Source: Octopus sinensis (lineage: Eukaryota). Taken from it: a stretch of 64,000 bases of DNA. The first letter of the stretch is position 1. Every line of letters starts with the position of its first letter. The DNA is taken from the NCBI RefSeq assembly GCF_006345805.1, contig NC_043008.1:1922001-1986000 (forward strand). Direction: 5' to 3'. A model generated the notes under the pieces. The model saw nothing but the letters and a program-made list of their open reading frames with translations, searched no databases and was not told where the DNA came from. Made by a program: the position numbers and the translations under genes. Shown here piece by piece: positions 40,301 through 54,504 of the stretch.

Positions 40301-43300
40301 GCAACTCATATAACATCTTACTACAGAGAGGAATAATAAAGACATTAAGTTTGTAATTAATATATAATTTCAAAGCGTAATAAAAACTCCACAGTTGGTG
40401 TCTTAAGATCGATTGGATCAACACCTCAGAAGGCGTAAAACTACAAAAAACATTAAACCTAAACAACAAAGTTAGCACAAAAGTAACTTGGGTATATCAT
40501 CTTCTGTACCTTCAATACTATTGATTGAGCAGAGGGGCGTATGGGGTTAAGAAATGCTTTTTGAAATGTTTGTTTTTTTAATTTCTAACCCGCTAATTGG
40601 AAGGCTAATTTGCGTCTACTGCCATATTTAGTGGTTGAACAAACAATTGTGAACGGTAATTCGATAAACAGAAATACCTGGCTTGTAATAACTGCAATAT
40701 TTCGAAATATGCACATAGTGGACCTTACGGATTCAAAGAAATTGCGATGGTGGTGAAAAAACAAACGGGGGTTAAACACATCGTATTGTATTTTCCGAGT
40801 TGTCTTCACACGCATTATAAGAAGAAATCTGCTAAAATTCTACTTATGAATATTCTTAATTCTATTTTGATGCATAAATTTGTATACGTTTATGGGGATT
40901 CATTACTGCAATATAATATATGATACTATCAACCCAGCAGTTGAGGTCATTAATTTCCAATATATCATGGATTTCTAGCTATAACTGACAGTGCTGAGAG
41001 CTTAACTTTTGGTGACGTATCATGATAAGCAAATAAATATTCTAAGCAGATTTTACTTCCCGGAAAATAAATTATTATTCTGGAAATTTCAAGGGAGTTT
41101 TAATGGTAGTTTTTAGATTAGCCAGAAAGTTAGGCTGCTGAAGTATTGCTGCTATGTTTCACACACCCCTTTCAGTTTGTATTGTCTATCAATAGGCCTG
41201 AGATATAGACATGTCTCAAGTAGCCTGTCATATGCATTCTACGCTGCAAACTCTGATAGAGTTAAATACATTGTGTGTGATTTAAATTGGAAAGAATTCA
41301 TCGGCATAAGTTGCTCGCAAAGCACTTCTTTTATCTTTATCTTTCTAATATTACTCATTAAATCTGTGCACACACGCACATGAACATTACGCGCGCGCGC
41401 ACACACACACATACATATATATATATGGCAGAAGAAATCTTCCTAAGCTACACCCAATTAGAATTAGACCACAAGCTTAACTTAACTACATCACCTTGCC
41501 TGCGCCTTGCTACTTATCTGCTTTCTCAGTTCAAATTTTTGATTCTATTAAATTAGTTATCAGGTGTTTCCTGGAGTTAATTCAATCATTTCTATCAGAT
41601 CTGAAGCGATGAGTGTTCTTTTCCTAATCTTAGGACAAGAGAAATGCCATACCGCTGAAAGAGAATTAGAAAAAAAGAGATTTTCTCTGAGCTAAATTGA
41701 GAGAACACCAACTATAACGATGTATAAGTGTGAATGTGTGTATAAGCCAACTATTTGTTGTATTGAAACAGCGATAACAAGATAGTTCCAAATATTTAAT
41801 ACTACGACTTCTTTAAGAAAATTCAATACACTATTGGAAATGAGACAATAATACAAATACAAATATGCGTCCACCAAAAAAGTCTCCTTTGTTCCTGAAT
41901 ATGTATCATACTTTTAAAAGAAAGCATCCAGTACAAATAATATTCTTTTCTACAGTAGGCTCAAGGCCCCACATTTTAAAATCGACCCCAGTAGGTAAAA
42001 TGCATTGTTTCATCGTATAAAATGAGGTTGATTAGATTTTGTCCAGAAATCACGCTTTCAGAATGTAGTTTTCATGAATCGTTTTCATTATTCTGATGTT
42101 AGGTGTGTGCAACAAGTGATAGATATGAGTGCGCGAAAACCAAATGCAAATTTCTGGGAAAATATATTGGAAATACGTTTTGTGAATTAGATACTTGAAA
42201 TATTGTAAAATAACAGTAATTTATATTTCAAAGGAAAGAGAAAATATCATTTAATAAACATTAAGTGCGTGGACATAGCGTCAATTGAATTTGTAGCAGA
42301 AGAAAATATGGCACATTGGAATTAAAAACAACATGAAGTTGAATTGATTTGTATGGACGAGACAATAGGAAAATTGAAAGAATATACGAGGGAGAGACAA
42401 ATGAAATTCTATAGTTTTTCACTATACAATATAGAATGTTAAAAGAATAAATTCAATGATCTTTCAACTTGCTTCCTTTTTTTCCCTTTCAGATCTATAT
42501 TTTAATTTTAGTTTTTCAAAGAATTAGTCATAAATAAAACAAAAATATGTGCATACACCTAAAATCCAAACATATCGCAATTTCTATACGAAATTCTATT
42601 TATTATATATATCACTAATTATCCATCGATGAAGACAATAGTGAAATCCGAGAATGGTAATTTAAATGGAAAACATCACGAACACAATAGAGAACAACTG
42701 AATATTTTAAAATAAACACAGCTGATATATTCTATAAATTGACGGTGGAAGAGGACGGAGAGATGTCCAAACATATTTACCTGACCCACCAATCAATATG
42801 TTTTACCTATTGTGGTGATCTTCAATAAATACTTGCAAGTAGTAGACTCTGAATATTTCAAAACATGGCTTCATAAAGCAAAATTTGCGATAAAATTCCA
42901 AGTAAATCGAGTATCGCACTTGCCATGCATAATCTTGATTCTTTCAATTCAGCATGTACTGAGACAGGATCATATATTAATGCAGTAACAGAAAATATGT
43001 ATAACATAAGTGTCGAGATAATGGCACACCATAGGATAAGATTTTGCCTCTGAAAAAACATACAAGATGTAATGTTTACGTACGATATTTTGCAATTGAA
43101 CGTTCGTCTAATAAATTATATAAGTTTCGTGTAGATTTGCATATCACATATTGCATTTATGGTTCATATATATATATAGATTATAGAGAACTAAATGCCA
43201 GTAAATTGTGTGGATCAATAGAACGGACATGCTTGCTTACATATTTTACGAGTTTATACATATGTTATTATTGAATTTTACAGTTGGTCAGCAGATATAA

Positions 43301-43334
43301 TATAAAAAATATAGATGGCATGATAGGCCTTGTC

Positions 43335-43600
43335 TGTTGGTGTGGACTAAACAGCGCAAGCTTTATTCTCTCCTACGCCGCCGCGAGCGCTACATCATCT
43401 GAATGATGTGGAAAATATTCCATTAACACATTAACATTGCCCAAATGATGTTGGCATCACCATTCGGGTACACCCAAGACATGGGGCCCGTGCTGTCTGC
43501 CCTCAACATAAATCATACACGGATAACATAACACTATTCCGCCAATTGGTCCCTCTCTCTTTAACATCACAACAAGGTCAATATAATTGATTAGTCTCCT
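43335..43600 (+). mobile_element. CR1/L2-group LINE ORF2 C-terminal fragment
   Basis: KQRKLYSLLRRRERYII*MMWKIFH then, after a shift, PNDVGITIRVHPRHGARAVCP; matches the LYSLxRRRERY.I...WKI...PN motif downstream of RT in this group. Confidence 0.7.
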
Positions 43601-45412
43601 CACCACGAAACTTGTGATTTTAGTAGAAAGGAATATTAAACAGCATTTATGCTTTCATATGTTGTAAGTTATGATGCGTTATGTTTCGTATACAGCATAA
43701 TTAACACAACAATACACATGTGATTTTGTAATCGGGAATGCATAATTGCGAATTATATGTGGGGAGGAGTCATTTCAGCATGTGATTATATCTTTTATAC
43801 AAATGAGTACGTTTCCATATATCTATGTAACACGATTTAAGAAATGTGTATTTCACAGCATTGAAATTCTCTTCAAATATTCGTTACAGAATCAGTTCTA
43901 CTGCACTGTATTCCTGAGCGTTACACTCCAGAACTAATATGCATACACGCCACATCGTCTCTTATGAATTAAACAGAATTTGAAATTTGATATTATTTCA
44001 GGCATCAACCTATTATGAGATTTACGTTTTATATCTTTGCGATCAGCAAGCCGTAATCCAAGTGTTGAATATAAAGTTTAACGACGTTAGCTCTAATTTA
44101 CATCGTATATAGAACACAGCAGAGAAATTATTATTTTGAATTTTATCATTTTAAATTTACTCTCATAATAATGTTAAAACATTCATCATTTTCCTGCTTT
44201 TCTTCAATATTCATGCATATAAAATTTTTACTGTAATTACATCTATCGATTATTGAAGTCAATTCTGAGGATTGTTTTGGTTCTATTTACTTTCCTATGC
44301 ACTTTTTAGTTCTGTTCTGTTACTGTTCTCATCATTTCTCAATATTTAAAAAAAAGCGAACATTCCGTCATGGACGTTTGGCTGAGGTGTCTTGCATATC
44401 AAGCCACTACGCAAAAGCCTCGTCTCTCCTATCAAGGGTTTATAGAAATAAATTTGTCTTCTTCAGCGAGAACTTTTGTGTCTGCTTACAAATATCAATG
44501 TTATGAATAATTGCTACACATCGGATTTCCTTTATATATAGGCTGAAAGATCCCCTTTCATGATCGCTGAAAATGCTAGAAATAGTACATAAATCCTCAT
44601 CTAATCTCACTCTTAAAATTTCAAGTACATACAGAATCATTCAACTACGGCAGTAGTTGAATAATATTCTTAAGTCCACACGCAGCGTCTTTCAGAGTTT
44701 GTCGCTAATTAAGTTCTTAATCAAACTGATAATTTTTAGCTGTTTCGAAGAGGCCTGTTCTGTAACTACATTTTGGCACAAAATTTTGAGATTTGTCCCG
44801 TAGAAAAAAGGTTTACATGAAAATTTGTAACAAGGTTATAAGAGAGTAAATAACGCCAAAAATCAAATTTAGATCTACATGACTTCTTCTATTTTAAAAG
44901 AAAATAAATCTATCTTAGTTTCAATGAGAGAAGACAGCGTGAAGCATTTTATAGTTTTCGTTCCATGCAGCAAACATTTGTATAAAAAACAGTTGTGAGG
45001 TAATATATCATGAAGGAAATATAAGGCAAAAAATTGGATTTAAGTATAATTATTTTAGTTATTTTTAAAATGAACTACATTTTAATTAAGCATAAATGTT
45101 AGAACTGAATTCGAGGAATTTCATGGTATCAATTTCATGCAATGACGTTTTAAAAGAGCAAAAGTTATTAGTTTCTGTTTCTGAATTTTTGAGGGTGAAA
45201 ATATAGTTCCATATTTATTTATGAATATAGTTCTATGGGAGTTTTAATATATGTCACCGGCATCATTGAGATACGGAAAAGAATTATCAACGACAATTCT
45301 AATTGACACAGTTGACACATTAATAATTATCATAATAGCGTGGCATGGAGAACATACATGATTTACATGGAAAAATGAGTCCAAGAGAAATAATATTCTT
45401 AAGATTATAAAC

Positions 45413-45490
45413 CTGGAAAAGTACAGGACAAGTTGTTACACTTGGAAAAGTTCAAGACAAGTTATTACATCTGGTAAAGTACAGAACAAG
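45413..45490. repeat. 29-bp minisatellite, about 2.7 copies
   Basis: Units at 45413, 45442, 45471 (CTGGAAAAGTACAGGACAAGTTGTTACAC). Confidence 0.85.
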
Positions 45491-45697
45491 AAACATTTTA
45501 CTTAAAACGAAGCAGCTAAGGATAAAATGTGAATATTAAATGTGATTCATTTTAAATTTAAAGTAACTTTATATTTAAAAAAGGAAACATTACATTTTTT
45601 TTCAAAAGAAACATTGACTCAGAAGTACCAATATAGCTAAAGTAGAATAGTATATACAGTAGACAAATTCATTATGGACAAATTAGACATGACCTCT

Positions 45698-45935
45698 AAA
45701 TACCTATTCCTTTACTACCCACAAGGGGCTAAACACACAGGGGATAAACAAAGACAATCAAACGGATTAAGTCGATTACATCGACCCCAGTGCGTAACTG
45801 GTACTTAATTTATCGACCCCGAAAAGATGAAAAGCAAAGTCGACCTCGGCGGAATTTGAACTCGGAACGTAACGGCAGACGAAATATAGCTAAATATTTC
45901 GCCCGGTGTGCTAACTTTTCTGCCAGCTCATCGCC
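45698..45935 (-). mobile_element. tRNA-derived SINE family A, full length
   Basis: Reverse complement of the 54505 copy, with head GGCGATGAGCTGGCAGAA, box B-like GAGTTCAAATTCC and core GTCGACTTTGCTTTTCATCTTTTCGGGGTCGATAAA. Confidence 0.92.
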
Positions 45936-46341
45936 TTTTAGCATTTTGATATAGAAACGGCATTTACTGGTTCACAACGTTACTTAAAATAGATGAATGT
46001 CTGTCAAAAATATGCACTTGATGCATTGCTTGCTATACAAACCAAATTTAAGCTGCCATTTAGTTATTATTCAGATCTGTGAAGAAATCCTCTCTAATGT
46101 TTAAGTGGAATATCTAATTTAGTTTACGCTCTAGCAAGATGCAAAACTTTTAATCCTTCATCAAAGAAATAAAATAGTCATTCTTTTGCAAAGGGGTCAT
46201 AAACACTGGTCCCCATATTAAAGATTCATAGAGAAACCATTGACGATATAAATGTCAGAGACAAAAGAAAGTGAGGATCGTACACATATGATCTGGAAAA
46301 TATTCAAAACTCCATAAGATTTTTGTTAATTAATGGTAAAC

Positions 46342-46584
46342 TTATATTTGCACATTTCTTCAAACCAATGACATAAGTCTGATATTAGTACTCTCTGGAA
46401 TTCGTGAATTTCAGTTTCATCTAAGCGTAAGTATTCATACTGATACGAAGGTGATATCATATTATATTTGCACATTTCTTCAAACCAATGACATAAGTCT
46501 GATATTAGTACTCTCTGGAATTCGTGAATTTCAGTTTCATCTAAGCGTAAGTATTCATACTGATACGAATATGATATCATATTA
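46342..46584. repeat. Tandem duplication, period 120 bp, 2 copies
   Basis: 46342-46461 vs 46462-46581 differ only at GG (46450-51) vs TA (46570-71). Confidence 0.95.
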
Positions 46585-46980
46585 ATGATTGGCTAATAAA
46601 TGCAATATCTCATATATTAATTGGTTTGGTTGTATCTATTGGGGAATATAGGTATGTACACTTCAGTTTAAGTAACGTAGATTTCACTTTTGCATTGCAT
46701 AGTTCCGTCGTAGTTAATAATAAATGTATTGGTCAAAGTGTTAAAGTTGACTTAACAATCTGTAACTTCGATACTATCTTTATTACTCGAACATAACCCA
46801 TATTGACGTTATTTTTAAGCTGCGAATTAAGTCAAACTGATCAAAATTAAAAAGACTAACTTATTGCAGAAAATCTAGCTAGTGCCGCTGAGAAATAAAT
46901 AAAAGGATTTATAATGTTTATACGAACTGAAATACCAGGCCGATGAATACCTATCTTGAAAGTAAGCATATGTGTTTATA

Positions 46981-47023
<43 letters not shown>

Positions 47024-47036
47024 GTATGCATATATT

Positions 47037-47101
<65 letters not shown>

Positions 47102-47123
47102 GTATGCATATATGTGTTTATAT

Positions 47124-47179
<56 letters not shown>

Positions 47180-47313
47180 CATATATGTGTGTGTATGTGT
47201 GTGTGTATGTTAAATAGATTTATATCATATAGAAATGTTATATAATATATATACATATTTATATATAAATATATATGTATGTATTTTGTATATATGTGTG
47301 TGTGTGTGTGTGA

Positions 47314-47429
47314 GTGTGTATACATACAAACATATAAATAGATACACAGTTATGTTTATGTAAGTACATTTATGAATATTAGTTTTGCTTTTATTATCAT
47401 AACAAATCATTATTATTGTTTAATATTGT
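47314..47429. repeat. 116-bp direct repeat, left copy
   Basis: Two mismatches vs 48888-49003 (offset 1574). Confidence 0.92.
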
Positions 47430-47737
47430 GAGTGTAAATATTATATGAGACAAGACTGAAATCTTCCTGATTTGGCGAAAGAACAGAAACAAGGATTAGA
47501 TAAGTATGATTTTATTCGACATATTTCCCTGTCACATTCCCAGGTCCATTATCGCAGTGGTCCGTCTCTTTCTCTAGGCCCTGTAAAACAACTCAGAACG
47601 TTTGGCATCGAATCACTCCTTGCCGAGAGACTTTGAAGTGTGGTGTTCTTACAGCATCCCGTTTTTTAAGTACACATAATCATTCATCTGTATTATAAAT
47701 ACAGAGATAACAGACAAATATAAATCCATATAAATCC

Positions 47738-47777
<40 letters not shown>

Positions 47778-48887
47778 GGGCATGGTTAGATAGATGTGAG
47801 TGCGTGTGTGTGTGTGTACTTGCAACGGGATCAATATAGAATTCATCGCAGTATATTTCTGTATGTCTACAAATACGAATGAAATGCTTTATTTTGTCAT
47901 ATCTATCTAACATTGTTTTTAGATTTTGCGCTAGACTACTACTGAGTTCATCGACCTCTAAAGAATGAAACAAAAAATCCAACCCTGAATATTTATTTGT
48001 TCTTAGAACGGAATGTTGGAAGAAATGCCGCTAGTCATAAGGTTCGGCGCCGTAGCGTGAGAGATTTGTTCCATTGACGCAGCTGAAAAGCTTTATAACG
48101 TTTGCCCAATCTGACGAATTACAGTGCATATGACTTAGCAGTGTATTGTTGCATAAATATTGGTCAGGGCATTTGGGGATTGCCTAATCAGTTGTGAAAC
48201 GCATACGCAATAGTTTCGTTATTGAGACACAAAATGTCAGCTCAATGATCACTTGTGCGCTACTGCATCATGATGCAGGTGTCACCATTGCTTCATGTTC
48301 ATTATATAACTGAGCTTCCACATTATGTTGCCTGGATCATTTTATATTAATTGAAGTTGCATCTGCATCAATTACCTTGGTAAATTTCGTGTAATGTCCC
48401 ACATACGCAAAGAGAGAGTAGCACACCACACAACTCAGATATAGCCACATAGATTGTCTACATAACATTTTTGCCATGTATATGTATATACATATATATT
48501 ATATGTGTGTGTAAATGCATATACACACAAACTGGGAGAGACGCCTCATACAGACACCTTCCACTCTATATGTGTTTGCGTGTGTATTTATATATGCTTC
48601 CTATTATATATGTAGATAAATATACAATTGGCGAGTATCTAAAATCTTATTTCGGTCGGGGCAATGTTTTCTTCACCTCATTATATTTTGTATTATTATT
48701 TAACTTTCGTAAATATTTGTTGTCAAAAGTCTTACAAAATCAAACTTTTAATTGCATTTGCGTTCCTTGAAAGTTATACGCATTCGCACACATAAGAACA
48801 TAATAACGTATTCATATATACATACACACAGGCATATATATATATTCATATATGCATACATATATATGTGTGTTTGTGTGTATATGT

Positions 48888-49003
48888 GTGTGTATACATA
48901 CAAACATATAAATAGATACACAGTTATGTTTATGTTAGTACATTTATGAATATTAGTTTTGCTTTTATTATCATAAGAAATCATTATTATTGTTTAATAT
49001 TGT
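48888..49003. repeat. 116-bp direct repeat, right copy
   Basis: Two mismatches vs 47314-47429. Confidence 0.92.
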
Positions 49004-49219
49004 TGTTACTACTACCTCTATTACCAGCGTTCTCAAAAGCAGTAGCACCATTAATCGTTATCATCTCCACTCCGCTACTTCATCAGGAATATTATTATTT
49101 TTATTATTATAGTTATTATTATTATTATTGTTGATCTTGCTCTCGTTGCTGTTGTTGTTGTTCTTTTACTCCCTTCTCCTCCTCCTACTCCTCCTCTTCT
49201 TCTTCTTTATCTTCTTCTG

Positions 49220-49247
49220 CTTATTATTATTATAATCATTATTATTA

Positions 49248-49310
<63 letters not shown>

Positions 49311-49351
49311 CATCATCATCATCAGCATCATCATTATTATCATCATCACCA

Positions 49352-49393
<42 letters not shown>

Positions 49394-49452
49394 TATTATT
49401 ATTATTATTATCATCATCATCATCAGCATCATCATTATTATCATCATCACCA

Positions 49453-49484
<32 letters not shown>

Positions 49485-49514
49485 GTTATTATTATTATCA
49501 TCATCATTATTATT

Positions 49515-49552
<38 letters not shown>

Positions 49553-49578
49553 TATTATTATTATTATTATTAATATTG

Positions 49579-49616
<38 letters not shown>

Positions 49617-49760
49617 GTTATTATTATTATTATCATCATCATCATCATTATTATTATTATTATTAATATTATTATTATTATTATATTTATTATCATTATC
49701 ATTATCATTATTGTTATTATCAATATTATAATTATTATTACTATTACTATTATTACCATC
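49220..49760. repeat. Compound (ATT)n/(ATC)n array, about 540 bp
   Basis: Direct reading; source of the poly-N/D, poly-I/M and poly-L/S ORFs. Confidence 0.97.
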
Positions 49761-50177
49761 GACGTTTCTATACAAAATACAATTTTAATAACTCCATTGC
49801 GTTCAAGCAAATAATTTGTCTTTCATAAGCAAAATTAATTACAGAAAATAAATCCTTGATCTTTTGGGCGTCTGTTTGAAATGACAATGACGAAGATATC
49901 AATGAGTTAGTGTACAATTCTTGAATATAGATTCTTATTAGCTGCGCCGATGTCTTTTGTGCGTCATTAACTTTTTAGAAGTAAATTTCCTTTAACAAAA
50001 CCAACCATTGCCAATAGAATTTGACTTGTTAAATATTTCTCATAGACTTGTTTTTGGAAATAGTTGGTTGAATAAAAGCCACTACATAACGGATTTTATA
50101 AATCTATCTCTCCATCCATCTCTCTCTCCATCTCTCTTTACATATGTATATTTATACAAACAGACATACTTACATAT

Positions 50178-50236
<59 letters not shown>

Positions 50237-50248
50237 ACACACACACAC

Positions 50249-50279
<31 letters not shown>

Positions 50280-50651
50280 CTTTCCTATCCGCTATTCTGT
50301 ATATTTAGATACACATTTATTAACTGATTGACACATATAAATATTCCAATTTCTGCAAATAATAGAAAAAAAATTACTCTCATGTATGCACACATACAAC
50401 ATACACACTCGCACGCGCGCAAAACACAGACATAGAAACATACGCACACGGACACACAGACACACACCCACACACGCATATATACATACATATATATCCA
50501 CTCTTTCTAACTTTATTCGTCTGGGGAATCTATGTGTAGAAAAATATGTGTTTTAGATTCTCAGTTCGAATATATTTAATGTTCGAAGAAAGAGCTTGAA
50601 TTTTTTTTTTCATATCTGGGCACATGCTAGCAATTTCCTGAGTGTCGGTAA

Positions 50652-50818
50652 GTCAATTATATAAAATCAGGTGCTGAACTGTTATTATTTTATACATCTC
50701 GAAGGAATAAACGCTAATGTCAACCTTAGGGGAATTAGAACGGAAAGCGTAAAGGCGGACGAATAACCACTAAGCATTTTGTACGGGATGCTCGCGAATC
50801 TGCGAGGTCAACACCTTA
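50652..50818 (-). mobile_element. Old, diverged SINE family A copy
   Basis: Colinear similarity to 45770-45935 (GTCAACCT..GGAATT...CGTAAAGGCGGACGAA..CCACTAAGCATTT...). Confidence 0.55.
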
Positions 50819-51039
50819 GAATTCGAAGTTATTAACTGCTAAAAGTTTATGCACATATGTTACCGATGTATCACAGATAAGCAACGTCACACAACGTTTA
50901 TTCGCAAACATTTACGTAATGATATAAGGCAGAACTGAATATTTCTTGTTTCATATATATTTGGTTTTTCGTATCCATACACGATGCGTTGTGAATGCCG
51001 AATATGAGATATTACGGAATAACATAATAATTTCAATGT

Positions 51040-51620
51040 TCATAACTGGCAGGTGGTGTTTCGAAAAACTCAAACATATGAAGCCCGTAGCTGAAGCATA
51101 TGATCATTACCGTAAGACTGGCTCCCATCGACAGGATGAAAAGATGAGCAACATATTAGGGCTTACACTTGGTTAAGATCTACCAATGAATGTTGTACCT
51201 GATACCTTTACCTTTTGAGGACCATATATGAATGGATAATTTGGCCCTTTTCCTTTTATATCAGTGCCTAAAACTAAAGGTGTGATTATTGACCCTGGCC
51301 TTGAAATTTACCGTCTCTAAGGCCCACGTATTTCTTCATCGAAATCGTGTCCTTAGTGGGTATAGAGTTCACGGTGGTTTCGTAAATGATGGTCTCGGAT
51401 ATGCAAGCTCCATTTAGCGGGCACAACTTTTTATCCCTGCATGAGCAGCTGGTTTCATATTTAGCGGTCATTCTAAAAGCTCTTTTGTCTTAATAATGGT
51501 CGATCAAACAGTAATTTCTATTTGTTTTAACGGTCATTTTCATAGTATCTTTTTCGATGGCCCCATAACTGACGAGTTGCAGGTGTGGGTTTCCGCCCCA
51601 ACATCCGAAACTCGAAGTTT
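51040..51620 (-). mobile_element. Penelope-like retroelement remnant (CCHH linker plus GIY-YIG endonuclease)
   Basis: Minus translation SCSCRDKKLCPLNGACISETIIYETTV...KYVGLRDGK / shift / FKARVNNHTFSFRH*YKRKRAKLSIHIWSSKGKGIRYNIHW*IL, fitting the PLE pattern CxC...CP..G.C....IIY...YVG...FK.R..NH...LS.HIW. Confidence 0.8.
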
Positions 51621-52376
51621 TATCATGGCTACCAAATAAGTGTCACATATTATGTATGTATATATATAAATCGAATGGATGTGTTATAACACTATTCCAC
51701 ATGTACAGAAACAGCCATACCAACAATCCAACATACCTCCATCATTTGTTGCCCCAAGGATATCATTATGTTTTCGAAACCTGGACAGTGCCACTCAATC
51801 CAGCTGTGTCAACTAAAATAGGTACTGTTAGGGAGCACACATACCAAAGAAACTACAAGAAACACATAAATCTATGCACATCTCTATCTATTTTAATAAT
51901 AAACCTACAATAACTAAATTATATACTAAATAGCAGCCAATCTTTAAATTCATACAAATAATAATCTGACCATTAAAAAAATGTGAAAGCTTTATTTCAA
52001 TTCTCTCCGAAACAAAACAAACATGATTGAATTTAATTTAACGAATAATATAATAATTATGATTGAAATACATTATTTCATAATTCAAAAGTTAATAATA
52101 AAAACACTACAAACTCATTAATATACATTAGCTTTACAAGCTTAAATGTAAACTTACCAGTAACTAATTGAGACATTAAGTTTATTAAATAGGACTCAAA
52201 ATATATACTTGCAATCAACTATTATTATAAAACCTCGCTTCCATTAACGCTAAATTGAAACTGTTTAAAAGATAATGAAACTACAATGTATTAATACTTA
52301 GATGTTTTTCAAACCATATGGTTCCATCACTTCTAGGATGTAAGATATTATCTTAAATATGTGTGTTTGTCTTTGT

Positions 52377-52420
<44 letters not shown>

Positions 52421-52422
52421 TA

Positions 52423-52620
52423 GACTCAAATATCTCTCAGGCACTATAGAATGATGGGAATATTACACATATCCAACAAGAGTTGGATGCAATATTCACC
52501 TGGGCTGAGGAAAACTACATTCAATTTGATGCAGAAAAATTCCAAGTTGCACGACATGCTGACGGGATACACTGGCGCCGGAGAAACTGCAATCCCTGAA
52601 TCACTTCAGTCTCCTATGTA
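52423..52620 (+). mobile_element. CR1/L2-group LINE reverse transcriptase fragment
   Basis: DSNISQAL*NDGNITHIQQELDAIFTWAEENYIQFDAEKFQV then GYTGAGETAIPE; the LQxDLD...W...N.M.FN..K region that follows YADD. Confidence 0.75.
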
Positions 52621-52906
52621 AGCAATTCATTTCTTAAACCAGTGCCCTTGAACTAAATCTGGTCCAGAGTCCTTCACATTCGGTATTATCTCATCTCTAA
52701 AACTTTACTCACAAATACACAAATTAGTTTTGGATATAGCTGCTTCTCAGTAAAAATGTTTTCCCTCAATTTCTGTAACTTCGCCATCCCGACTGTGATT
52801 AACTAGTGTTTCCAAATTCCACTCTCTCTCTCTCTGTCTCTATGTCTCTCTGTCTCTCTGTCTCTCTGTCTCTCTGTGTCTCTGTCTCTCTCTCTGTCTC
52901 TCTGTC

Positions 52907-52976
<70 letters not shown>

Positions 52977-53088
52977 GACAACGCACTAAGAAATTGTCAA
53001 GCATTTTCATACTCTACGATGTAGTGAACTTATGACTTTACTGAAGTTTCAAAAGTGAGTGCAATTTTATTTGGAAAAACCTTCACAC

Positions 53089-53119
<31 letters not shown>

Positions 53120-54504
53120 CATTATACATGCATGCATACATGCATACCATACATACATACAACCATACGTACATGCATATATTAACAAAGAAATAAAGAA
53201 ATAAATGCTTATAGTAAATGAATTTATGGTTATGAGTTTGAAAAGTGGGATTCGATAAACTTTTATCTTCATATACGTTTAATCATAGATATCTGAAAAT
53301 CTACTATAAAAAGATGTAAAAAAGGTCAAGTAACTTTATATGATGGATTGAAAGAAAGAAATATATTGAGAGAAACAAAATCGAAGAAAATGGGGAAATA
53401 GAAAAAGGAAAGGGAGTTAACGTAGGATACACATTTACATATAATTGTTTTAATTTTTGGTAGTATATTATGATTGCAAATCTAAATACGGTCTGTCTGC
53501 CATCAATATGTACTCACACGCTTCTACAAATATGTTTCAAAGTTAATACTATGAATAAGTTATTTACGCAATGTATTCGGGGGCAGTTAATGGACTCAAT
53601 GTGGTGTTGAAGATAGAAAAATAATTCCCGAAATATGCATATACACATATTACCTAGTATTCCACTTACGATTGTATTCTTTATAAAGACGCCGTAAAAG
53701 CACTATCTGTGAATTCAATAGAATTACTGAAAAAAGAAAATAACGCACTTGCAGCACAAAGTATAACATAATATTGATATATAACCCTTACATATACTGT
53801 GTAATATATCATGATTCCAAAACGAAATACTGTATCCCCCACCAGAAAATAATAATCCATATGTATATTGTATTACGTAATATTATATATGTATTGAGAG
53901 ATATAGATATTTAGACAGCGAAAGATAGAGAGACAGGGAGAATGAGAGAGAGAGAGAATATACGTTTGATATTGACACCCTCATTAAAATACCGGTGCAG
54001 AAATAACTTGCTAAACTTCTTAAAAAGATGATTACGTTATATTTTTTATATGGAAAACTGTTGGATTACATCATAGATTGCGGCTGTTTTGAAACGTGTG
54101 TCCCCCTAACCACAAACGAAATGATTCTAAACATTACTTGCTCACGGCATTAGAGATATGTTACATTCCCACCTGATGTTGCGCGCTAATTTGTGCGTAT
54201 TGGTGTTAAGATGCAAATGACGTACGAAATTATGAATATTCTGAAATTTTGGGGCATAACGAATTACAGAAAATTTTTGAATTTCATACACTAGAGGATA
54301 TTTATGTATAAACCATCAGCAAAATATCCTCGAGTTTGCATTCCTAGCAATGCGATAAATGTGTAAATCAAATAAAAATACTGCAGTGTGGCAATGATGT
54401 AACTGTAAATATCGTTAATCTATATCAAGATAAGTAACTCAAACAGCGAAAGTAAAATCATACATATACAAATACATGCAAACATACATACATATACATG
54501 AAAA

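Noticed and set aside
44639-44662. Perfect 10-bp hairpin ATTCAACTAC-GGCA-GTAGTTGAAT
   Set aside because: About one or two are expected by chance in 64 kb of AT-rich DNA (rough estimate); no miRNA-length stem or Helitron end.
48263-48278. 16-bp palindrome CTGCATCATGATGCAG
   Set aside because: Within chance expectation; no supporting context.
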